A stretch of 35,768 nucleotides of DNA, taken from positions 1 through 35,768 of the IMG/VR virus record IMGVR_UViG_3300049828_000055; one strand, 5' to 3'. This document shows positions 1 to 7,455 of this stretch, in pieces; positions within the stretch are counted from its first letter, which is position 1; every line of letters begins with the position of its first letter. The position numbers and the translations under genes were made by a program. The notes beneath the pieces are model-generated. The model ran no database searches, had not been told where the DNA came from, and worked only from the letters and a program-made list of their open reading frames with translations. The DNA comes from a virus. Taxonomy: Duplodnaviria > Caudoviricetes.

Positions 1-228
1 CCCATTGTCCTGATTGATGTAGTAGTCCCCGTTGCCCCCCCCGGAAGGTGCCCCTGCCCCGTAGGTCCAAATCCCGGCAAAAGGGCCGAACCGATCTTCG
101 ATATAGTCGCCTATTTGTGATACGAGCAGCCCGACAGAGTCGACGCCCTGCTTCGCATGGACACCTTCAGTCCCGTCCAGCGGATCGGAAGCAGGGTTGG
201 TGGACAACAGGGCAGAGATTTTAGGCAT
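1..228 (-). CDS. Putative tail fibre / receptor-binding protein, 5' part (runs off the window edge)
   Basis: Not in the ORF track. ATG at 228, 2 nt after the stop of the tail-tip gene, and open to the edge: MPKISALLSTNPASDPLDGTEGVHAKQG...YGAGAPSGGGNGDYYINQDNG. The KISAL..LDGTE and GAP..G.NGDYYI motifs and the position are typical of fibre N-termini. Confidence 0.65.
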   Translation of the reverse strand, partial: MPKISALLSTNPASDPLDGTEGVHAKQGVDSVGLLVSQIGDYIEDRFGPFAGIWTYGAGAPSGGGNGDYYINQDNG

Positions 229-230
229 GT

Positions 231-2513
231 CTATTCCAGTTCAAGAGCAAACCCGTCCTCGGACAACACAGTATCACCACCCTCAGTTTCTTCCAACCAC
301 GGCACGATTACAAGCCTAGAGGAATAGCACAGGGATTCAAGCCCGTCTCGAACGGCGAATGCCCGGATTTCAACTTCGCCGGAAAACCCCGGAATGCCGA
401 CCGTAGTGATCCCGTAGCTGGTCCCGGTCAGACCAGTGATCTCGGTCAGGAAGGCCCCGACATCGTTATAGAGTTTCAGCGTCGTGGTCTGGCCGGTTTC
501 TGGTGTGACCGAAGCATCCAGCCATTCGTTCGTGACAGAGTCTTCCAGCGTCCGGTTCCGGTTCGACCAGACGACATTGATGGTTGAAGGGAAGTCCGTA
601 TAGGTGTAGCTGCCGAAGCCCACGTTGCCATTCACCCGCAGGTTCGACGGACGGAAGGGCAAGTGCGGGCGCTCGCTCGGGGTGAACACTTCTTCGGCGG
701 CGTCTTCGATTGCCAGAGTGCCCGCCAGCGTGACCGGGCGAATCCAGTAACTCTGCGCCGCCCCGGCAGTCCGGGCAAACCCGTCGAAGGCCGTCGCCCC
801 GCGCGCATACCAAAGCAGCGCCCCGACCGACCATTCCTGCGGCACCGTGTCATAGCAGCCCCGCGCGATGGTCCATTCGCCCGCGTCGTAAGAAACGAGC
901 ATGACCACTTCCGAGGAAGCGTCGTCAGCCCCCGTGATGTAGAGCAGGTCGCCAGACGTGAGGGCCGGGTCGCCCCGGAAGGTTCCCATGTCCGCGTCAG
1001 ACATGACCGTGGTCGCTTCAACAGCCATGCCGACCGTGGTCGAGGCGATGGGGGTGAACAGCCTGCCCGTCTGGTCCGCATAGGAAGTCGACAAGTCGGG
1101 CAAGACCTTCTCAGTCGACAGGGTGAACTTGTAGGCGGCTGACACGTCCTGCCGGGCAAGGACCCCCACCCTGACGCTCGGATAGGCTGGCACCGTGATC
1201 CCGCGCTGCATCATGGTCGGATACGGCAGAGTCATGAAGGCGCTGACCGTGATCGGCTCAGGCTCGTCTGACACTTCTTCCCACAGGCTCGTAACCGGCT
1301 TGCTGAATAGCGCCTGATCCAGCCCGAAGATGTCTTCGATCACCGACAGCACGACCGCCCCGTCGCTGTAGACCCCCCGGTCGGCGTCGATCACCCGGCA
1401 GGCCATCCGGTCGATCCCCAACTCGGGCCATACCAGCCTAATAACATCGCCCGGCATGATGTTCCGCCCGCGCCGGTCGGTCCTGATCTGGCAAGAGAAA
1501 GTCGGATAGGACGCCGAAGCAAGGTCCCGCGCCGCCACGTCCAACGCCAGATCGGGGTTGCGAATGCCATAGTAATTCCGCGTCTCGGAAATGACGGTTC
1601 CTTGGGCCGAGATATTGCCCAAGTCCTGCACCGTAATTGTCGCGTCTTCTTCAGAATCCGGGTCCGTATAACTGACGATGATTTCATTCGTCGTGTTTTC
1701 GAGCGCCCGGCGTTCCGGGTTTACCAGAACGCAATTGGACGGATTGAATTCGTAGCAATCGTCCAGATTGTAGTCACCACGAACCAGCTTGATCCCAAGA
1801 AGGCCGGTCGTCGGGTCTTCCCGAATCACCGCTTGAATGTGGTCTTGAATTTCCGCAACGAAGTCTTCCACCGCCATCTGGTCAACCCAGATCATGGCAA
1901 GGCCGAAACCCTCGTCGTAAATTACCTGCGCCACATCTTCCCATTCGTCGGGCTTGAATAGCGCACTGGACCACCCGAGTCCCCAATCAGAATTCGTATA
2001 GCATTCATAGATCATATGGATCGGGTTAGCGCCTCGGGTCGTCACCCCGGCTTCGCTGGTCCGGGTGATAAGCGCCGTGGGCGTCGGCAGGCCCTTGGCC
2101 GTGCGCCGGGCCAAGATCGAAACCCCCGGCAGGTAGGGGTTGTTTTGGCACCACATAAAGCCTTCGTCATTGGCCGCGCCCCGGAAGAACATGGACAGGA
2201 CGCCCCGGAAACCGGGCATGGTGGCACTGGTCAGGCTGAAGCGGGAAGCGTTGCCGTCCGACATGACCTGCGTGTCGTCCCCGAACAGCACGTCGACATA
2301 GCCCTTGACGCCGCCCTCTTTCTCGTCGCCGCCGAACAGTTGGGGCAGGTCCAGCGCAAGCGTCCCGCTGGCCGTCATTTCCCCCGACCAAGCAACCAAA
2401 TCCTTGATCTTGATTTCCAGAATGGCGTCGACCGGCCCCCAACAGAAGCCGTAGTGCATGGTCATGTAGTAGTCGATCACCCGCCGATAGGCGGTGCCCT
2501 TACCTGACGACAT
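231..2513 (-). CDS. Central tail-tip / host-specificity protein (gpJ-like, phage tail_3-type domain)
   Basis: 760 aa. LFGGDEKEGG, NNPYL, ANPIHMIYEC.TN.DWGLG, EGFGL, NEIIVSYTD and YYGIRNPDLA..VAARDL motifs; last gene of the tail-tip cluster. Confidence 0.85.
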   Translation of the reverse strand: MSSGKGTAYRRVIDYYMTMHYGFCWGPVDAILEIKIKDLVAWSGEMTASGTLALDLPQLFGGDEKEGGVKGYVDVLFGDDTQVMSDGNASRFSLTSATMPGFRGVLSMFFRGAANDEGFMWCQNNPYLPGVSILARRTAKGLPTPTALITRTSEAGVTTRGANPIHMIYECYTNSDWGLGWSSALFKPDEWEDVAQVIYDEGFGLAMIWVDQMAVEDFVAEIQDHIQAVIREDPTTGLLGIKLVRGDYNLDDCYEFNPSNCVLVNPERRALENTTNEIIVSYTDPDSEEDATITVQDLGNISAQGTVISETRNYYGIRNPDLALDVAARDLASASYPTFSCQIRTDRRGRNIMPGDVIRLVWPELGIDRMACRVIDADRGVYSDGAVVLSVIEDIFGLDQALFSKPVTSLWEEVSDEPEPITVSAFMTLPYPTMMQRGITVPAYPSVRVGVLARQDVSAAYKFTLSTEKVLPDLSTSYADQTGRLFTPIASTTVGMAVEATTVMSDADMGTFRGDPALTSGDLLYITGADDASSEVVMLVSYDAGEWTIARGCYDTVPQEWSVGALLWYARGATAFDGFARTAGAAQSYWIRPVTLAGTLAIEDAAEEVFTPSERPHLPFRPSNLRVNGNVGFGSYTYTDFPSTINVVWSNRNRTLEDSVTNEWLDASVTPETGQTTTLKLYNDVGAFLTEITGLTGTSYGITTVGIPGFSGEVEIRAFAVRDGLESLCYSSRLVIVPWLEETEGGDTVLSEDGFALELE

Positions 2514-2715
2514 TCGCAGCCCTCACTCTTGCTGCGCGCACGACCCGCTGGACGTTGGCGTCGTCAATCCCTTCGACCTCAGAGACAGGGTATCCCTCCC
2601 GAATGAACCGGCGCATGTCGCCGCCAAGATGCTTCACGACCACATAGATTCCGGGGCCGCAGAAGCCCGCCTTCTGCGCGTCCGTGGCCGTGACCATCAG
2701 GGGCTTGTCTTCCAT
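2500..2715 (-). CDS. Small tail assembly protein (71 aa)
   Basis: Likely start is ATG 2715 (TGATG overlap with the upstream stop), not 3006. MEDKPLMVTATDAQKAGFCGPG...FIREGYP matches the small C..G...F...G.P protein that precedes the tail-tip gene in Chi-like and YuA-like phages. Confidence 0.75.
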   Translation of the reverse strand: MEDKPLMVTATDAQKAGFCGPGIYVVVKHLGGDMRRFIREGYPVSEVEGIDDANVQRVVRAARVRAANVVR

Positions 2716-2957
2716 CACTTCCCGCCTTCGATCTCGATGTCGCGTTCGACCAGATACTTCTGCCCCCACCACAGGATATTCGGCCCTGTGATGTGCAGTT
2801 CCCCAAAGATCACCGCTACCGGCCTGCCCGCCGTGGCCGTTGGCGCGTCCATGTCGGTCGCCTCCGGGGGCTTCGGCTGTTTCGGTTTCGGCATCAGCAT
2901 ATAGCCGACTACCTGAAGTCCGATCCCGAGCAGAAGGTAGAGGAACCATGCTGGCAT
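2715..2957 (-). CDS. Small tail assembly protein with hydrophobic N-terminus (80 aa)
   Basis: Hydrophobic N-terminus followed by PKPKQPKP and PTATAGRPVAVIFG...GPNILWWG; conserved position after the BR0599-type gene. Confidence 0.8.
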   Translation of the reverse strand: MPAWFLYLLLGIGLQVVGYMLMPKPKQPKPPEATDMDAPTATAGRPVAVIFGELHITGPNILWWGQKYLVERDIEIEGGK

Positions 2958-2960
2958 TGG

Positions 2961-3803
2961 TCACACAAACGGGTTGGTATTGACGGGGCTTTCCGAGGGA
3001 ATCCACGGGTCGCCGCCATAGTTGTGAATGTTATCGTGCAAATCGAGGCAGTCGTCCATCTGGTGATTGCACCCCCAAGTCAGAACTGCGGACGCCCCGA
3101 CTTCCAGCCCGATAGGCATCCCGGAAAGGGTCAGCGTCCGGGAGTCCAGCCCGAGGCGCAAGATGGTCCGGTTGTAGGTGTTTTCCCCGACCGTCCACGA
3201 GAACTTGCCGCCGATGTATTTCTCGACCGCGACCGTGTTCCAGCCGACTTCCATCGTCACCTTGTTCGAGGCAATGGCCGTCACATCGCGCGTGATGCGG
3301 GCTGCGACCTCGCTGGCGTTGCACTGTGCCCCAAAGAGGACATGGGGGCACCCAAGCTGCCAGTGACGCCGTAGACCCGCCTGCCGGTAGGCTGCGGTCA
3401 TAGGGCGGCAGACGAATTGCAACTGATCGTCTTCCGTCCTGCGGCAATTCAGCAACCGGCCCATCCAGACCGTGACGACTTCCTGATCTCCATCGTCCAG
3501 ATGGACCTCTTGGACCACGACCCGGATCGACTGGTCTGGCGGATAAATCTGGAACATTTCCGCAATCGGGTGCCCGGCTGCGCTGGTGATAATCAGTTCC
3601 TTTCGGGTCTTCCCACCGTCGACCGTGATCCGGTCGTGCTTCATCGGAAACGGCGTGTATTCGACAAAGGTCGTCGGGTGCGTGAAAGGCCGCTCAGAAT
3701 CGACGTAGGCGAAATAATCCGTAGGACCTTCCCCGTATGAGAACAGGAACAGTTCCGTAGGAATGCCGCGATTTCGGCTGTCTTCGTAAACGTCGAAAGT
3801 CAT
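2961..3803 (-). CDS. Tail tip / baseplate hub protein, DUF2163 / phage BR0599 family
   Basis: 280 aa. Cys pattern CPHVLFGAQC ... GCNHQMDDC...HDNIHNYGG.PWIP is characteristic of the family. Confidence 0.85.
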   Translation of the reverse strand: MTFDVYEDSRNRGIPTELFLFSYGEGPTDYFAYVDSERPFTHPTTFVEYTPFPMKHDRITVDGGKTRKELIITSAAGHPIAEMFQIYPPDQSIRVVVQEVHLDDGDQEVVTVWMGRLLNCRRTEDDQLQFVCRPMTAAYRQAGLRRHWQLGCPHVLFGAQCNASEVAARITRDVTAIASNKVTMEVGWNTVAVEKYIGGKFSWTVGENTYNRTILRLGLDSRTLTLSGMPIGLEVGASAVLTWGCNHQMDDCLDLHDNIHNYGGDPWIPSESPVNTNPFV

Positions 3804-5503
3804 TCAAGATGCTCCAAGGTGAGGAACGAAAGCTGCGTGGTGGCGGTCGTGTCAGTCAGCCATTTGATCTCCATGTTATCAGACGCGAGACGGCACCGCA
3901 TAAGCCAAGAAATCATCTTGATCTGAGTCAGTTCAATGTCTTGCTCAAATGCTGACGTGAAATGGATAATGCTGTCTTCCCCGGATTCGTCGTTCACCGT
4001 GTAGATTTCGTCCACGGCCATCGGGATCATGGTCCCATTCTTCAACTGAATAAGAACAGCCCTGTGGGTCGTTTGGTTGGCATAATAAAACGCCATGTCA
4101 GTCCCTTCGACCCGAAGGTAATTGTCCCCCTCAAAAATCTTCCGGGAAAGGGTGATGTCCGATTCCCAAGTCGGGAAATAGAATTCTTTCAGTCGCCCGT
4201 ATTGACGGCGGAAAAAGTCTGTCAATTCAAGAATGTCATAGTCCCGCTGCCCGCTGAAAGAAACGGTCCTGATCTCTTGCGCGAAATCGACGTGTTCATA
4301 GACCTCAATTCGACCCTTGCCGAAGTCAACGACATTGAGGAAATGCTGGAACTCCCCGGCAACCGGGTCTTTCCAATTCGGCTTCATCAGGAACAACTCA
4401 TAGTCGCCAAAGGTGTCCGACGCTTCTCCCGGCGTATAGGCAGGATCGACGGCGGGAATGTTCTCGTATTTCATGCGCGAAGTGCTGACATCATCAGTCA
4501 GGTGCGAAATCTTGGTCTTGTCCTGAAGCCGCCCGGTCATGGCCCAGATGATCTTCGTCCCGGTCGGCAGATCGACAGGCAGCCCGGTGGCGAAGGTGAT
4601 CGTGTCGCTGGTCACGCTTTCGATCTCGCTCGTCAGCGCCGAGGCCAGCGTATGGTGCGAGAACTTGACCGCCACGCCTGCTGCGGCCCACGGGGGCACC
4701 GACCCCACCACACTGACCGTCAGCGCCCCTGACAGCGCGTCTGCGGCGGTCTTGACCCGATAAGGGTCCAACACCACGACAGCGGTCCTGCGCCGCCATT
4801 TGTATAGCTGCGCCTCGACCTTGCGCCGGTTCGCCCCCCACAGGTTCAGGGTGTATTCAATCGACCGGCGCGGCTCCCTGCGAAGCGCCCGGCGTTGCTC
4901 TTTCCCGTCGCGGCTGACGTTGACGATCTCCGTCAGGAACGACAGGACTTCGACCACGCCCTGCTGCCAGTTGGGGCCAATCTCCGTGAGGATCGCCCGC
5001 TCGCCGTAGGTCGGAATCTCATAGTCCCCGACATCAAACCCGAAGATCGTGTAATCGAAGAAGCTGGCCGTGCCATCCTCTGCCGCCGTGAAGCTGAGAA
5101 AGCGGGCCTGAAGGGGGTTGAAGGTGTAGGGCACGTCCGGGGGCGGCGTGAACGACACGTTGTCTGCGGCCAGCGTGGTGATGGATTCAAGTTCGACCGG
5201 GGTCAGGTAGGCATTCCAGATCGACACTTGCCGGATGGTCGCCTGCGAGATCGCCCCGAAGTCAAGGGCCGCTGGCGAGAAGTGAATCCGGTTGTAGAAA
5301 TCTTCGAAGAATGTGACCTGCCGATAGCCGGTGTATTCCTGCTCGGAATAAAAGTCTCTGACCTGAGTCCAGTCGCCCCAGATCGGGAACAGTTCTTCTT
5401 CCAGCGCCGTCCAGTCGCCCGAAATCGAGCCGCGATCCAGCCCATAAGTCGCGTCGTCGGTGCGATAGAACCACTCGCTGATGATCTGGATAAAGCCCGC
5501 CAC
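3800..5503 (-). CDS. Virion tail structural protein (distal-tail related, N-terminal Ig-like region)
   Basis: 567 aa, GTG start. DFYNRIH, VSIWNAY, PNW...V.E.L.F.T, GKEQRRALR.EPRR, GR.KEFY.PTW and RLASD motifs. Confidence 0.8.
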   Translation of the reverse strand: MAGFIQIISEWFYRTDDATYGLDRGSISGDWTALEEELFPIWGDWTQVRDFYSEQEYTGYRQVTFFEDFYNRIHFSPAALDFGAISQATIRQVSIWNAYLTPVELESITTLAADNVSFTPPPDVPYTFNPLQARFLSFTAAEDGTASFFDYTIFGFDVGDYEIPTYGERAILTEIGPNWQQGVVEVLSFLTEIVNVSRDGKEQRRALRREPRRSIEYTLNLWGANRRKVEAQLYKWRRRTAVVVLDPYRVKTAADALSGALTVSVVGSVPPWAAAGVAVKFSHHTLASALTSEIESVTSDTITFATGLPVDLPTGTKIIWAMTGRLQDKTKISHLTDDVSTSRMKYENIPAVDPAYTPGEASDTFGDYELFLMKPNWKDPVAGEFQHFLNVVDFGKGRIEVYEHVDFAQEIRTVSFSGQRDYDILELTDFFRRQYGRLKEFYFPTWESDITLSRKIFEGDNYLRVEGTDMAFYYANQTTHRAVLIQLKNGTMIPMAVDEIYTVNDESGEDSIIHFTSAFEQDIELTQIKMISWLMRCRLASDNMEIKWLTDTTATTQLSFLTLEHLE

Positions 5504-5506
5504 GGG

Positions 5507-6457
5507 TCACTCCCTGTATGCCAACCCGAGATAGTAGGACGTTTCCTCAGACCAATGATCCGGGGACGTGACCTTTGACACCGTGCGCGCTGTGGATTTT
5601 CGGAATTCCGGGAAAACCCGCCAAGCATCCCCGCCAATCATGCACTGTTGACCCGGAGTCAAATTGACCATATCCACGAGTCGAACACCAGAGGCGTGTC
5701 CGACCGGGATGAAGCGATAGTCTGCACCCAGATCGCCCTTCGAGACATATAGGCTTACTGGCACGAGCAATTGCGCCGCGCCGAAGTTCACAGACCCGCG
5801 ATAGACCCGGCCATCATTGACCCCATCCATATTGCCGCCGTAAACTTCTGTCCCATCCATCGTTTCCTCAAACGGGTCGCCGCCGTCAATAGGGCCAGCA
5901 AAGTCGCGCCAAGTTGTCGCGTTCGCCGCGTGGACAATTCTAGCACCACCACCAGCCCGAGTTGCGTTGCAGTATCCCCTAAACATATACCTCTGCCGAG
6001 AACTGGTAATGTCCAGAGTGCTTACCGAAGTGAAATACTCCGAATGGTTATTGCAACTGAACAAATCTCCGTCTGTATAGTTTCCTGCTTTCACTATGCT
6101 TCCGATGTAGAAATGCCGGTAACGATTATACCCACATTCAACGACGAAAGCAATGAAAGGTTCCGTGTCCGGGGAATCATACGGTGAATTGTTTCCGAAA
6201 ATGTGGACTTGAGTCGGGTCGTATTCGACAGGCGAACCAGCCCCGACATATGGCATCTTGGCGACAGCCGTGATAGATGTGCCTGTGCAGGCCACCGTGA
6301 CCAACCGAGAACCTGCCGTAATGGTGTAAGTTCTACCCGTCAGCGGGTGCGTTATAATGCCATCGCCTGAAGACGACCAACCGCGCGCCACGGCAAAGTC
6401 CGAAATCAACGCCGGGATTTCAGTGATGTTGGAAACAGGTTCAATCGTGTATGTCAT
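5507..6457 (-). CDS. Virion tail structural protein (316 aa)
   Basis: Translationally coupled in the tail cluster; C-terminal G..WRVFP...K...S.YLGLAY motif of YuA/D3112-type tail proteins. Confidence 0.7.
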   Translation of the reverse strand: MTYTIEPVSNITEIPALISDFAVARGWSSSGDGIITHPLTGRTYTITAGSRLVTVACTGTSITAVAKMPYVGAGSPVEYDPTQVHIFGNNSPYDSPDTEPFIAFVVECGYNRYRHFYIGSIVKAGNYTDGDLFSCNNHSEYFTSVSTLDITSSRQRYMFRGYCNATRAGGGARIVHAANATTWRDFAGPIDGGDPFEETMDGTEVYGGNMDGVNDGRVYRGSVNFGAAQLLVPVSLYVSKGDLGADYRFIPVGHASGVRLVDMVNLTPGQQCMIGGDAWRVFPEFRKSTARTVSKVTSPDHWSEETSYYLGLAYRE

Positions 6458-7446
6458 TATTCCAATCCCACCGCAAAGAAGTCGTCAATGTCGTTCCGAT
6501 AGACATTTTGGACAACAAGGTAGTCAACCGTGCTTATGGTGATGGTGTCTTCGGCGCTCATAAAATCTGTCTGACATCGGAAGGCCCCTTGCAAAATGCC
6601 ATAAGTTTGCCGACCCGGACTGCATTCAAACAGGTGGATCGGCATCAAGTATTTGCCGCCCCCGTAAAGGTCGGTCAACCCGTTCGCAAGAATCTCTGAC
6701 GACAGGTAATCATCATCACTTTCGACCGTCCCCGAAGACGAAATATAAGTCCCGCGCGTAACATTCCCGATACAGCCCTCGATAACGTCACTGTAATTCG
6801 AATACGCCATCCAAGTTCCATCTGGGCTGACAGAATATGACCCAGAAGAAACGAAGTCTGTCGTCAGGTTAACCCCCTGATCGCTGTAGGGCCAAGGAAA
6901 CGCCGAGTGCCCCAGAAGGTCTTCGCGCCAGCTTCGAGGCGACTGTGCGTCCCCGCTGTCCGGGCCTGCCGTGCCACCGACAAACATCGGATAGGGATAC
7001 TCGACCGGGGTCGCATAGGGCAGGAAGAAGCCAGCATAGCAGGACTCGAAGGTCGTGCTGATCTTCAGGACTACCATGAAGCGCCGTCCGTTGGCGATAA
7101 ACCAGTAGTTCATGGTCGAGTTGTCAATGAACATCAGCGAGGGCTTGGGCTGGACGTTGATGTGGTCTTCCAGCGCCTCCCCCGAGGGGATAATCCCGGT
7201 CATGCCCAGAAGTTCGATCCAACATTCATCGGCAGGAACGTCGACATGCAGGCGCAAGCCGATGTGGATTTCGTCTGTGCCACTGGTGCCCGGCCCGGTC
7301 AGGACATGCTCGTTGCCGCTGTCCCCGGTCCACGAGTCTACCCATTCCTCCCCCAACCCGACCAAGGTCGTATTTGTCGTCAGGAAGGTAAGCAACTTGC
7401 CCCATAGGTCCGCAGCGTTCGTTGCCGTTCCGATTTCTGTCGCCAT
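6457..7446 (-). CDS. Virion tail structural protein (329 aa)
   Basis: Directly after the tape measure gene; YWFIANGRRF.VV.K, Y.GFFLPYATPVEYPYPMFVGG and C-terminal YLVVQNVYR motifs. Confidence 0.75.
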   Translation of the reverse strand: MATEIGTATNAADLWGKLLTFLTTNTTLVGLGEEWVDSWTGDSGNEHVLTGPGTSGTDEIHIGLRLHVDVPADECWIELLGMTGIIPSGEALEDHINVQPKPSLMFIDNSTMNYWFIANGRRFMVVLKISTTFESCYAGFFLPYATPVEYPYPMFVGGTAGPDSGDAQSPRSWREDLLGHSAFPWPYSDQGVNLTTDFVSSGSYSVSPDGTWMAYSNYSDVIEGCIGNVTRGTYISSSGTVESDDDYLSSEILANGLTDLYGGGKYLMPIHLFECSPGRQTYGILQGAFRCQTDFMSAEDTITISTVDYLVVQNVYRNDIDDFFAVGLE

Positions 7447-7455
7447 GGTCGTCCC

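Noticed and set aside
2716-3006. ORF-track N-terminal extension of the 2500..3006 ORF
   Set aside because: Overlaps two real genes; ATG 2715 coupled to the upstream stop is the plausible start.
1-7446. Diversity-generating retroelement or invertible tail-fibre cassette
   Set aside because: No reverse transcriptase, recombinase or template/variable repeat pair seen in this window; the remainder of the fibre region lies outside it.
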